This document shows, piece by piece, positions 1 to 12,650 of a DNA stretch of 64,000 nt. The notes under the pieces are model-generated. The model made no database searches and was not told the origin of the DNA. It saw only the letters and a list, made by a program, of their open reading frames with translations. The DNA comes from Tilletiaria anomala UBC 951 (taxonomy: Eukaryota), in assembly GCF_000711695.1 (NCBI RefSeq), contig NW_013547018.1, positions 124,001 to 188,000 of the forward strand. Direction: 5' to 3'. Position numbers and translations under genes: made by a program. How positions within the stretch are numbered: the first letter of the stretch is position 1; each line of letters opens with the position of its first letter.

Positions 1-1567
1 GGAGTGGATTTTGATCTTCTGACCGGCGGCTTTGATGCTGATCTCGTAGCTGAGCCGATCGGTTAGGCCCGGCAACGATGTCGATCCGCCGACGCAGACG
101 ACGTTCGAGAAGAGCGCTGCGCGGCTGTCGACGTCGGTTGAGTTAATCGCTTGCAGCGCCAAGTCGGCCAACCCGACATAATCGGCTGTTCCCGAGGCCG
201 GCGCGGGGAGCTACAAAGACGGACACAAAGCTCGTCAGGATGATCACAGCGACAGCAAGCCAGACCAAAGATGCCTCGCAGAGATAAAACTCACGACATC
301 GCCAACACCCTGCCAGCTTTTGGGGTTGAATAGGATCTCCGGTCCTCGCAGGCGCTCGACGCCAAACGAGTCGTTGTAGCCGTCAGGGAATTCGTACGTC
401 TTGCTTGGCCGCTGCAATGCATGTGACTCATCCCACGGAATCTCCATCACCTGCGCGCACGCCTCTTTGAAGTCGTTCAGCACCTTGAGCGTGTGGTACA
501 TCCTGAAGGACTCCGTCGAACCCTGTCATGGAATCTCATGTTCAGTAATTTGCCCTGCTTTAGGCATGCCGGACGGAGGACTGACCTTCAGTCTATCTTC
601 GCGCAGCTTCACTTGCGGAGGGCGCCCGGGTTCGACTGGAACCTTGGACTGGATCAGGTAATGCGGGAAAATTTCTGTGAGCTTGCCTGCCCGCGGGCTT
701 TGCGGCGGCGGTTCGCGCAGGGAGTGAAAGAGTGCTCTCGATACAGCACGTCCGCCGATCGGTTGCCGGTGAATGCCTTTCCGCAGGATGAAGCCGTCGA
801 CGACGGGGATAGCCGACATACTGTTCTCGCCGACGTCGACGATCAGCGCCGTCGGCTTGCCGGCTGCAAAAGCGCTGAGCACTGTCGAGTTGGCAAGATA
901 GTATGCGGGGACCTGGAGTCCTTCAAATGCGATTTCTGTCATCTCCTCTCGCATCTCTTTGCTGTTCCATGATGGCTCTGTCACCATTAGCGGGTGTTCT
1001 CGCGGGTCCGCTTGCAGCGATGCGCGGAGAGCGTACTCAGTTTGCGCCAAAAAGGATGCGGTTGAGGACACTACGAAAAGATCGGCCAGTGTCAGAAGAG
1101 TGCAATGTTGGAGCGGGCATCGAAGACTCACATGCGCCTTCGTCGTTTAAAGGGCTGGCGATTTCTCCTCCTTCCCGATACATCCCAACAGCAATATCCC
1201 CGAAGAATCTCTTCCTCTTCTCGCCATAGATCTTCGCTCTCCACTTCTCTGCCGCTGCTGAGCTCTTGGAGGTCGAAGCAGCATCTGGCTGCGTCTCATT
1301 TGCGTCGGTCGATGCCCCTGCTGCAGAAGTGGATTTGCCTGTCGGCTCTACGCCTTCCATCGCATCTTCAGCGCTGGTCGTATTTCCGTCTGCCGCAGCT
1401 GCTTTTGAGATTGCATCGCCCCCCTCCTCTGGATCCGGTAGCCATCCATAAGCTGTTGGGATGACGCCCCGCGGAGTGTCTTCGCCTGCCCAGCCGATGC
1501 GAAATGTGGAGGACCCGCAATCCACAACGATGGCGGAGACGTCGTCGCCGCCAAAAATACCCGGCAT
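1..1567 (-). CDS. ARP4: Actin-related protein 4 (NuA4/INO80/SWR1 subunit), multi-exon, 3' end runs off the window
   Basis: ATG at 1567: [33 protein letters not shown]; later exons [65 protein letters not shown] introns join the ORF pieces. Confidence 0.92.
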
Positions 1568-2640
1568 TTTCGCTTCGGCGCGTTCTGAATATTGTAGCTT
1601 CAGGGACCTGACTATGCGTCGCCTTCTGCGTGGATGTCTGCACTGATGGATGTCGCTCACATGCGCGCCGCCTTGGTATAAGGCGATGGTGTGAGCAGCA
1701 GGAAGAATACATGCGTGCTAGTAAAAGAGTGAGCGCGTTGCGTTCTTTGTGTGGTGTGATAGCGCGCTTGTCGCTCTCCCTATATCACATATAGGTCGCA
1801 GGTCAAACACGTCGCGTCTTCCTCTCCCCTCCTTCTGACTTCAACTCAATAATCTCCCTTTCTTCTAAACCGGCCAGGTTGGTGTTCATGGTAACCTTTC
1901 AATGCAGAAACCCTTAGCCTATGACCACGCACTCGCTGTCAATACGTGTCCTTTTGATATTCCTTGAAAGCAAGCGTTGCTGCAGCGAAGCCAAGCCCTA
2001 TCTGTCCAACACTAGATCTGTATTTGCATCAATTTGCGTTTGGTCCAGGCTCGCTGCTCCATGAAGTTGAGGCGCACAGGAAGCCTCCGCAGTGCAGTGT
2101 ATCTCCTGAATGAATGCACTTATATTTTGCGTCTCATTGAGGGGAGCACGAGCTTGCCTTCCACCTGTCCCAGTCTTGCATACACATTGACGAGCGCTGG
2201 CTGAGGATCTGGTCAGAACAGCGCGACCCACCGCAATCCAGCATCCCCAACCGAGAAAAAGAGAGACCGCCAGCGCCAGGCCGATATACTGGCTGGCTGA
2301 CATCGGAAACACACCCACCGTCAGTCTAGCCTACAATCGTTGTACATATCTATGAGCATGACACAACCTCTATCCGAGAGGGTGAGCTGCTCGCACGACA
2401 GTGGCTCATCTGATCAACTGGAGGATGAGGAAGGACCCATCTGTTTGCTTGCACGCTGAACCATGCGAGCACGCTAACAGCACCGGCTCCCTCCGTGTCC
2501 CTTCCAGCACTCCCGTTCCCGCTTGCAAAATACGACCTTCCCCTGCCGGCTCGTCGGCTTTGTCGCCAGTAGGAACGCATTTTTGTTGGACTCAAGTGCA
2601 TCGATCGCCTCCTCTCCCCGTCCTTCCGTCCTCACTTGGC

Positions 2641-2681
2641 CACTCGCAGAGAGCGCACACTCGCAGAGAGCGCACACTCGC
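2641..2681 (+). repeat. Short tandem repeat, 17-nt unit CACTCGCAGAGAGCGCA x about 2.4
   Basis: Read directly: cactcgcagagagcgca cactcgcagagagcgca cactcgc, about 25 nt upstream of the ATG at 2705. Confidence 0.85.
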
Positions 2682-2704
2682 CTGTCCCTTATAACTTTGC
2701 AAGC

Positions 2705-4629
2705 ATGGCGGCGACGCACACAAGCAGCTATGGCGACCTGACTGAGTCTGAGCCGCAGTTCTTGCCATCGGAAGAGTCGGCGGCTTGGCAGCTACAACAG
2801 AGGCAAACTCAGCCACATCAGGATCCTTACATCTCGAAAGGCATGTTTCTCCCATGGCAACAGCCTGGAGCCCCCCCGTCTGCTCCATACCAACAATACC
2901 CGCACCACCCGCACCAGCAGCATCGGCAACAACAATCTCATCGACATCTGCAACATCAGCAGACCTTAGCAGCACCGTATGCCGGGACTCAACACCCTAT
3001 GCAAGCATCTTTTCCTCATGGGTTTCCACCCCAAGGCATGCTGCCCGGTACACAGCAATTGCCACATGGCGCCGTGATCCACCACGGTATGCCAGGAGCT
3101 TCACCTGTGCCGAGCCATTCATCGCTGTATAATCATGGGAATCAACTGCATCAAGCAGCCTTCCGACATCCCTCAGAACAGCAACAAGAGCAAAGGGCTT
3201 TCAATCCCGGCATGGGACGGCCGCCCGCGCCAGTATCCCTGGTTCCTTCTTTCACCCCCTATGGCGCCAGGCCACACTTTTCACAGGGTCAAGCAAGCGT
3301 CCCAAACTCAGTGACGACCGGCACGCCCTTTGTGGGAGCGAATGACGCAGCCGGTAGCACACCTAGCATGTCAACACCGAGCAGCTCGGCGGGATCTTCA
3401 TTCCTTCCTCGTGAGACACGAGCAGGCTCTGTCACGCCCGCCTCGACGCAGGGCTGGTCCAGCGCTTCTTACGGTGGCCCTTCAACGCCTGGGAGAATGC
3501 AGCCGTCGCACTACACCCCAGTAAATTCGGTCGGAAGCAGCGGCACGAACGGCAAACCTGTCATCGGTTCACCCAGTGGAGCGCGTCGCCCATCGTCCCT
3601 AACGAATTCGACGACGACAGGCCCACTTGTGAGCGCTCCTTCTAATCTCAACGTCTTCTCGCGCCTGCCACCGCTACCACCATTACCACAAGAGCCATCA
3701 AAACCCTCCGTAGAGTTTCCACCTGCGCCTTGGAGCCTCGCGGGCTTGTTCCCCAGTGGCGAAGATCCCATCTCAGCAACACGGGCGTACGTCGAGCAGC
3801 TCGAGGCGCTCGTAGACGCTTATCGGGAGCGCGAAAGGATGCGTATATTGCAAATCGAGGCACTTGCCATGGATCCTACACTTGCGCTCCAAGTGCATAA
3901 GTCTCAAAAGTCGAATGAGTCTGCTGCTAGCCAGGCTGCGGAAGCGGTCACTGCAGGAGAAAGCGATGCATCGAAGAACCAGTCAGAAGAAGGAAGCGTG
4001 GAATTGGCGCCAATCCTCGGCATACGGCTTCTGCAAAAGGTACAAGAGCTTGCGGACGAAAATGAAGAGCTGGGCAGGATACTGAGCAAGAGGATCGAAT
4101 TGGGCAGCGGGAAGTGCGAACCGGATGTAGAGCGCTTACGAGCGGAGCTTACAGGTGAGGACATTCTTTTCGTGATGCAATTGCCATCGCGGCCAGCTCA
4201 CATCTGCGTTGCTTGGACTATTGAGCAGATGCCCATACCCTCATCGCGCAAATGGATAAAGCACTGACAATTGCTGAGCAGCGGAGGACAGCGTCAGAGC
4301 AAGCGCTCGCGATCGCTTGCGCTACGAACAGCGTTGGGATCTCAGAGGAACTAGCAACGGGACAAGACTTGGGCAAAATGGAGAATGGATCTGTAGAAGG
4401 CGTCGCTCCCTTGGCGAATGGCCCTTCGTCAATTCCAACAATCAACATGCCATCTGCGACAGGGCCCACAGGAAATGCTCAGCGGCGAGACAGTCGAGAC
4501 CATGGCCGAGCGCCGAGCACTGTCCGTAGCGGTGGGGCTGGAAGGGGTGGTGGTGGCGGCGGCGCCCGAGCAGCTCCGCCGAGAGGGGATCGCAGACGGA
4601 ACAGTAACCCGAAAGGTGCGCAGGGATAA
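2705..4629 (+). CDS. Q/P/S-rich protein with WTAP/Mum2/Fl(2)d-like coiled coil and RG-rich tail
   Basis: ATG 2705; intron 4155-4228 (gtgagg...gagcag) joins the two ORFs (ELT-DAHTLIAQMDKAL); motifs MDPTLALQ and GIRLLQKVQELADENEELGRIL resemble the WTAP core. Confidence 0.6.
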
Positions 4630-4767
4630 CAAGCCGCACAAAGCAAGCCCATCACATGTATCATAGCATCGGTATTAGACCACGCGAGAACAAAGCGCAT
4701 CGTGTTTGCGATTGATTGGAAGTTATTTCCATTCCTTTGGTTCGTGGCGAGGGGGCGGGGTATAGAA

Positions 4768-5136
4768 CTACCCTCGAAATTGAGCTCTGAGCTGCATGAT
4801 GGTGGCCCGTTGATCCGAAGGCAGCGCGTCGATTTGGGCCTGTGTCAGCGAGAGCACCTGATGCAGAAGTTGCTAAAGTGTAATGAAAGCAGGATAGAAA
4901 GAACACGCGTCAGGGAAGATAGCCTGGCAAAAAAAGATGCATACCTCTCGCTCACTCTTTGAGAGTCTCCGAGAGCGGCTGTATCCGCCGCAGGCCCCGC
5001 CGGTGGCGCTGGCGCAGCAGTCGGCGGCCGCGCCTGCATATATGGCGGATAGCCTCCTGGTCCACTTGGCGGCTGGGAGCCACCATACATGCCCCCCGGA
5101 GCATTCTGTTGGCGCATGGTCGCCGCATGCTGTTGA

Positions 5137-5212
<76 letters not shown>

Positions 5213-6421
5213 GCTGCTGTTGCTGCTGCTGCTGGTGCTGGGTTAGGTGCTGGTGCTGTTGCAATGGCGGTGGAGGCGGCGTCCCCCTTTGCGCTCCCGC
5301 CATCGGATCCACTCTCTGTGCACCTTGCGGCCCCCAGGCTTGGCCATGGGGCGGTCCTTGGGAACCGGGAACACCATAATTTGCTTGAGGTGGCATGGCC
5401 ACATCTGGTGCTGTCGGCTGTTGCGTGGATGCGGTCATCATTCGCTGCAACACAGCTGGATCAACAACGTTCATCATGAGCATGGCCTGAAAGAGCGCAT
5501 ATGCGAGCTGTGGATATGATTGCAGTAGGTGCTTTGCTTGCTCTGGGGAGGTTGTGACAAACGACTGCGTAGGAAAATCGCAGCGTTTCAGCAGTTTCCT
5601 CTACTGCATTTCAATTCCAAACACTTACCCGCATCTGTCCGAGGATGTCGAGCAGCTGGTGGGGCGGTATCGCTGCTAGCGTCTGACTGATTGCATCTGT
5701 AGAGGCCACACCTGCAGGCAAAGGGAGTCCTTGAGGCAAATTCAATGGCAGCACTCCACCTGCTGGGCCCGGTGGGCCCTGAGGGGAGCCCCACTGGCGT
5801 TGTGGCCCTGGTCCAGCTCCTGGTGGCACCGCACCGCCTTGCTGCATCGCCAACGCACTTTCTCTTGCCTTTTCAATCTTTGGATCTTGATCTGCGAAGT
5901 CTATTCTTAGCTGCCGACCGCCAACTGATGCGCCGTTCAGATTTCGCACAGCGGATGCGGCCGTCTCTGGGTCTGTCAATCAGTTACCAATCACGCATTA
6001 GCTACAAGAAACCATAGACTGTCCTCGACGCTACTCGCCTTCAAATTCACAGAAGCCGTAACCCTTTGGCTTCCCAGTCTCATTGTCAAATATCAGTCTG
6101 AGATTCATCGTTGATATCAGCCCTTCGGCTTTCAGCCATTTGAGGATATTTGATCGCTCCCACAGGCAGCTAAACGGGTAACCTACCTGAATTCTACTAC
6201 CTTGCCAACTTCTGAGAAGACTTCTGCCAGTTGCTCTTCAGATTTGTCATATGGGACGTTGCCCACTGCAAGATGGACGCACAAAGAAGGTTAATGTATA
6301 TGTATTATGAGCATGTGAGCTCAACCACAGCCATCGGAAACTAGTGATACCAGTCCGCATAGAGAGGGTGGAGGAAGCTGAACTCACCGAAGACGATTCG
6401 AGAGCCCCGCTGCGGGGGCAT
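4768..6421 (-). CDS. RNA15: mRNA 3'-end processing factor Rna15/CstF-64
   Basis: Spliced N-terminal RRM (MPPQRGSRIVF-VGNVPYD...PKGYGFCEF...DPETAASAVRNLNG), hinge (DAISQTLAAIPPHQLLDILGQMR) and C-terminal domain QLLHQVLSLTQAQIDALPSDQRATIMQLRAQF; stop at 4768-4770. Confidence 0.93.
5132..5233 (-). repeat. CAG/CAA trinucleotide microsatellite encoding polyglutamine in Rna15
   Basis: (GCT/GTT)n run on + strand; the ORF shows an uninterrupted run of about 30 Gln. Confidence 0.95.
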
Positions 6422-6938
6422 TTTGGCGCTGAAGCTTCCAGGTTGCTGCACAAAGATGATATGTACGAGACTTCTTCTTCGTGGTCCAATGGGTCGGCTA
6501 CTTGCGGCTGGATGCAAGTAATGTCATTTGAAGTAACTCTTCTTGAGTCTGAGGCCATTTCAACTTCTCTCCCAAGCAAGCTTGCGACGAAGTTAGAGAA
6601 AAGAGTATCTCAACAATCTCGGCGTCTAAACTGCATTCATCGGCAACTTTCCCCCCACCACAGCATGGTGAGAGAACGTCAAGGACGCCCACTCCAAAGG
6701 CCTACGGTGAAGCCATGAATTTAGCTATACGTTCTGCTGAGAGAGCTCTCCGAAGCTCGCCCTAATACGGATCTTTCGTCGCGCTTGGTTGAGTGTAAGC
6801 TTGAGGATCGCCACAACTGTGCTCTAGACAACTATCCGCCTTCCAACCCGACCGCGAAAAGAGCGTGGAAGGCAGTGAGACTGCCAAGCATTCGCTCTCG
6901 AACAAGCTACGGACTACTGCTGATTTTACCATTTCAAG

Positions 6939-7566
6939 ATGGCACCACAGGGCCTTCCGGAGGAGCAGCTGCACAGGGTGCGTAATAAATGCTCTTCTGG
7001 AAGCCAAACACTCGTTATTGCCGATGTGTCGTTTGCCAAAATTGCTTGCCTTGCTTACCTCGGGTTGCGCAATGCAGATTTTGCAAGAAATTCAAACACA
7101 GGCGATCACAGCGCAACGGCAACTGAATATGGTTCGGGCTCAAGTGGCAAGCAAAGATCGGGAGAAGAGGATGCACGCCTTGACCCTAAAACAGATTGAT
7201 GAGGAGAAAGATGCAATCGGATTATATCGCGGCGTCGGAAAAATGTGCGACCTGCTTCCACTGATCTACTGTGATGTCTCGCTTAATGCTTCTGTCCGGC
7301 TGTAACTGCAGGTTCATGATGGAGGACCGAGATGTTCTGCTGAAGGAGCTACATGCGAAGGAGAAGGATGCGGCCGAAGAGATCTCAAATCTCACAAAGA
7401 AGCAAAAGGTGGGTGCCTGGAAGGATCGGCTGGATATCATTAGACAACAATGCTAAACTCAGTCTATTGTATATGTCGCCAGTTCCTCGAAAAGCAATTT
7501 TCAGATTCACAAGCGCATCTGAGAGACATATTCAGCGGCATGGATCGACAGGCGGCATCAGCATGA
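6939..7566 (+). CDS. PFD1: Prefoldin subunit 1
   Basis: Exons MAPQGLPEEQLHR | ILQEIQTQ...LYRGVGKM | FMMEDR...LTKKQK | FLEKQFSDSQAHLRDIF; beta-type prefoldin YxxVGKMF motif. Confidence 0.88.
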
Positions 7567-8083
7567 AATGCGCAACGAATACGATGCATTGTGACACTGC
7601 TGCAACTTTTGTGTACTTGTATCTCATCCTACAAGGTCATCCTCGCACTACTTGAACAAATGCGTCACAGTGGTCTAGATCACAATGAGAGTTCATTCGC
7701 GCAATTGGTTTGGCTGTGGTACACGAAACTCGACATTCCACGGCGGGGAAGTGAGCAGGAGTCTACTGTGAGGGTAAAGGCGGCCTGTGGAATCTCAGAA
7801 TCTGGAACCAGGCTGAGCATACAAAAGCTCAAAGAAAACTGATAGATGAAAGCGCTCGCGCTGCTGATACACTCGTTTTTGTAGTCGATGGGTGGGTAGG
7901 GGTGGAGGTTCACTAGGGAATTAGACGGTGAGTTTCTGTAAGTTCGTAGCGCAAAGAGGCCGATCGAGGAAGCTTAAAGGGAGGACGAATGCGAGGACCC
8001 CCGTCTGAGGTATCAAGCAAAATGAGGACATTCGATGAAAATGTGTGTCCTTGACCACGTGCTAAGGCATCGCGCTTTGGTCA

Positions 8084-9611
8084 TCATGTGAGTGAGTCTT
8101 CATCAAAGAAGGATGGCGATGGGTGGGAAGATTGTCTCAGCTGAGCTGCTGAGTGTCTTGCAAGAGGTCCATGAATGTTGAGAGTGAAAGGGCCAAGAGA
8201 ATATTTGTGCCCCATGGCTGACGCCAAGGAAGAGTCCTGCCCTGAAGAGGACGCAAGTTCAATCCGAGGACGTGAAGGCTGAGTCGAGGTGGATGGAACA
8301 ACCGGACGCTGCGAGTCTGTCGTCTTTGAAGACAATGCGTGGTGTTCCTGGCCTCTAATGATACCATCAGCGAGCGTGGTGCTCTTGATTGTGCCAGCTG
8401 AAGTGGCCGTGTTGAAAGGGTCTGGCAGCAATTGGGTCAGATCGGACACGCTTTCGCGACTATCGGTGCCGCATTGATCGCCGATCCTTGACTGAAAATT
8501 GTTCAGTGACGAATCGCTGGGAACAACGTGATGGAGCTGATGGTGTTGCATATTCGGAAAAGCTTCTTGCAGCCGGCAGGGACACAGAGACCCCCGCGTC
8601 GTGTCAAATGAGTCGAGATGCACGCCTGGCATGACGACAACATCGTCACTCGGGCCGAAGCGAGACAACGGCAATTGAGAGGAAGTTGCGGCAACCTCAG
8701 GAGCGTCGCGGTTCGTAGTGTCAAGCACATTCTTTGGCATTGAAGATCCGCTTGCGCCCGTCTCTGACATGTCTAAGGACATGGCGGCCGGCATTTTGCG
8801 TCCGTAGGCCTCAAGCATCTTGCGAAGTGACGCTCTCATACCTTGCTGCCGCGATGCCTCCGCGAGTACAAAGTCATCGGAGAATCGTCCCGGGAATGAG
8901 ACCGGTTGACGCTCGGCATGGAGGATGCCATGACGCAGGTCTCGTTCTTCGAGTGCGAGTACTCCGTCTTCTGTAATCTTCTCCACATTCGCTGTGAGCT
9001 CGCTATCCAAACGGCCTTCCTCGTGAAGGCTAAGTCCATCTTTCGCCAATACCGGAGAAGGGGAGAGTAAAGCGCGTTTGTGTCCACGCGGCCGCACGGT
9101 AGAACCCCGATGGGCTTTCCTTTGCAGACATAACATAGATGGCGACTGCATCATGTCCGAGCATGACGAATCAGGTGCATCGCTCACGATTTCCTCATCG
9201 CCTCTGGAGTTTGAGCTACGTGCAACCGACGGGGATGGTTCCGACTGTAGTGAGTCATGAGAGCCAAAGGCATCTAGGCCTCCGCTATGCTTTGCAAGTT
9301 CGCGCAAGGCAGCATTCTCTTCACCAAGGCGAGTGATGACCTCTTGCAGACCCTCGTTCTCGGCCTCCTTGCAATTTTGCTCATGCTTGTGCCGCTCGAT
9401 CAGGAGCTCCAGCTGTCGGCCGCCAGAATGAGCGTGCAGCAAATTTTAAGATGCACACCGACAGGCCAGGCCTCGCACTCACCTCATGAAGCCTGGCCTC
9501 CTTTCGTTCTCTCAAGGCTCTTTGCGCGTTTCGATTCTGCTCTCTCCTCCGCGCCTTCTTTGCGTCTCTTGAAAGCTTCCTTGTCGGCACGTCCTTGGTG
9601 ACGGCGGGCAT
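8084..9611 (-). CDS. bZIP transcription factor (Yap/AP-1-like basic region); start codon uncertain
   Basis: RRREQNRNAQRALRERKEARLHE, intron (about 9482-9415), then zipper LELLIE...LQEVITRLGEENAALRELA and a long low-complexity C-terminus. Confidence 0.8.
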
Positions 9612-11159
9612 CAGGGGCAAGGATTGTCCAAAACATGCACCGTTTCGACTTGACACGACGCTCGGTGACAGGCAGGGAGGTGAATATGGAATCAGTGCCC
9701 TGCTAGAACCTTTTGAGCAACAGGTATCTGGTTTATAAAGCAGCAAAGGAAGTTCAGGGGCGGTGATGGACACTTGCGGATTCTGACAGTGTCTCTGTCC
9801 ATGATCCTATTTCCGTCTTGGTCATCGCTGTACCTCGCAGCCCTTCGATCCGGGAGAGAGAGTAATGGGTCAGGCCTCTCAGCTGGAAATCTTGCGATAA
9901 GCTGATCAGGGAAACAGCCTCGCACAAATTCAAACTTCACTGCAAGAACAGTGCATATACGGACCATTCGAGACCGAAAATAGATCTACACGGCTCAGTT
10001 GTGATGTTGAAGCATGTGGCGCCAAAGAAGAGGTGCATGCAAAAGAGAGCTGAGCAAGCGAGCAGTCGACGGATGCTGAGCGAGCATGTGGAATCAAGCC
10101 GCCCTAGTCGCCGCATTGGAATCCAAATGGACTTTGGTTCACGGTCAAAAAGGCATTTTTGGGGGCATCTTGAAGGGCAGCAAACGGTCTTGTCATCCTC
10201 GCATCCAGCTCCGGGACACCGAACGGGACCAGGCCACACCACTCAATGGGAGCGACGGAGAAGCGCATGTGCCCCCGTTTACCCGCGTTGAAGTGATCGT
10301 CATCCGTTCTATTGTAGGATTACTCCGGCTTGGTCACGCAGTGATGGTCGCCATTCTACCGACTCTATACAGGCGTTCTGGCTTTCAGATACGTGTTCCA
10401 TTCCGAGAGAGGCGCGGCCGTGTGGAGCCCGATGAGCGATCACCTCTTGAGCGAAGGAAGGCAGAAAGGAAAAGTGGGGCCCAGTGACCTTGCTCAGTAC
10501 TAGGCCGCTCCGGATTCGGGTCTGTTCGTCCTTCATCACTGTGGGTTGGTTAAGGCGATCTTTGGATGGTTGGTGACTCCTGCAGCATGCATTCATTCAT
10601 AAGATTTGCTCAGCTTGTAAAAGAAATCTCGATGGTGCTGTCCCTTGACTGGCGCTTCATAGCCCCACCCTTCCCGCCATGTACTCGTATCACCTTTGCA
10701 ATTTCTTTAGGGGCAAGATGGTCCACAGCCAATGGGCAATGTAATCGCTTTACTGTCGCTCTTCGTTCAAATCGCGGAATGTGCGTGGCTGTTGATCGCG
10801 AATCGGTCAGTCGTCGTGTGAAGCTTGAGGACTTAAAAAACGTGCAGAAGCCATAAGAGGCAAGAAGTTTGCATATGCGCTCTTTCTTTCGCAATCTGGG
10901 AGCGCATGGGGGTGACTTCGACTAGATACAGAATCCATCTAATGCTACAGCTCATGCAAACACAATAGCCTCTCACGCCTAGCTTTCGCTTCCCATCGCC
11001 GACATCGGTCCATGTACCTCCTCTTTGCGCACAAACACAAGGGCTTGGACGGCAGGCTCGGCGCAAAGAATCTGGAACCCAACAAGAAAAAAAACTGATG
11101 CTGCATATATACATCTGATTGTGCAAGTACCAATTTGAGATACGGAAGAGTTAGTGGTT

Positions 11160-12303
11160 TTACTCCAGCTCGGCCGTACCACCGGCTGCCTCAATTGCCT
11201 TCTGGAGCTTCTCTGCATCCTCTTTGTTGAGACCTTCCTTGAGGGTCTGCGGCGCGTTTTCAACGAATTTCTTAGCCTCCACCAAATTCATGTTGCTGTT
11301 GAGCGCCTTGATCTCCTTGATGACCTTCGCCTTCGCCGAGGCGTCCTTCAAGCCCGTAAGCTTGACAGTGAAAACAGTCTTCTCTTTGGGCTTCTCTGCC
11401 TCCACTGGGGCTGCGTCAGCTGCAGGGGAAGCAGTAGCTGCCGGTGCTGCGGAGGGCATAGCAATGTCTGTGATGTTGAGACGAGTCTGTAGAACAGGAT
11501 TTGGTCGTTGTCAGCTTGCATTCGTTGCTGGCTTGAAGAAGAGACGCGTGCAGGAGGCGTAGATTTGGGAACCATTCATCACTTGTGAGACATTGCAGAG
11601 AGCGGCCTGCTTCAGCCTATGATCTTATGGCTCGTCATGGGCACCCGTTTCAACACCCCGCCAACTTCCTAGAGCCCACTGTTGCGCGCCTAAGTCACAG
11701 TCTCAAGCTGATCAAGCTCCGGAGCCTTCTTTCGTAGCACGCATGCTACCCAACGCCGCTCCTTTGTACGCAACAACTGTGTAGCAGCTTCAAGCTCTAC
11801 TGCGACGATGTTCAAATTGGAATCGCTTCGTGACCCCGGAATTGTTCCAAGATCTCTTGAATCGCGCAATCAATGTGCGCCATCGTATAGACAGCGGTTA
11901 CGCATGATAGTGTCTCATGTCAAAGCGTAAGAGCTGCTTTAGGAAGCCGGGACTTACTTTCAGATGCCCCACAAGGTCGGATGCCTCCAAGAGAGTGAGC
12001 TTCTCGATCTGATCGACGATGGACAGCAATTTTAAATCGCCGCTGGGCGCTGCAGATGATGATGCAGCGGACGGCACTGCATCAGAATTTGCAGCAGTGG
12101 CAAGTGACCGCACTAGCGATCTGGCAACGGCCCTGCTGCTGCCAGCCTCCTTGAGGAGACATTGAGGGCTGCAAAGGGAAGAGTACATTCACGTCAGAAC
12201 AGCGTCGCGGTACTTCAATAATGCAGATTGGCAGTGCTTACCAGGTAACGGCCCTGCCGCTGCCAGTGATCCGTTGGATTGCTCTGGTGCTAACCGAAAA
12301 CAT
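11160..12303 (-). CDS. MNP1: Mitochondrial ribosomal protein bL12 (L7/L12)
   Basis: Presequence-like exon 1 (ATG 12303); IVDQIEKLTLLEASDLV; C-terminal EKTVFTVKL...KAKVIKEIK...NLVEAKKFVE...IEAAGG; second intron about 470 nt. Confidence 0.92.
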
Positions 12304-12650
12304 GGTGTAAGTTATCATGCGATCAGCTTGAAATTGACCTTGATAGTACGTTCAAGAGGCAAGAAGAAAAGTGTTGTCCGACGTGAACACATCTTTCCGG
12401 CGCTGAATGCTGTCCTCGCTCTGGGTGAGGCAGATCAATTTCCTATGTCACGTGATTTAGGCTTTGTGGCCAATCTGCCCATCTGGCCTCTCATCGAGAC
12501 ATCGGATTCGTCGATAATCACAACACCAGGACTCGATGCTATCACCATGCCAAAGGCAACACCATACGAAGAAACCCGGATTGTAGATGTCTCAGGCGAA
12601 CTCGCAAAGTACTTTTGGTGCGAAAAGATATGTTTTTGAGCGCACATATG

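Noticed and set aside
1998..2318. Small minus-strand ORF with a hydrophobic start (MSASQYIGLALAVSLFLGWGCWIA)
   Set aside because: No convincing downstream exon or family motif; could be chance in intergenic DNA
4937..5479. Poly-Val and poly-Leu ORFs on the + strand
   Set aside because: Antisense shadows of the polyQ microsatellite in RNA15
6665..6930. ATG-GTGAGA suggesting an upstream first exon of PFD1 with a snoRNA-bearing intron
   Set aside because: ATG 6939 with donor gtgcgt gives a complete prefoldin N-terminus, and no clear snoRNA boxes were seen
9990..10900. Several 95-133 aa ORFs between the bZIP and bL12 genes
   Set aside because: No recognisable motifs or consistent splice structure in any frame
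11690..11730. GCTTGATCAG resembling part of a fungal intronic TPP riboswitch
   Set aside because: Lacks the CTGAGA core and the rest of the aptamer, and the host gene is unrelated to thiamine
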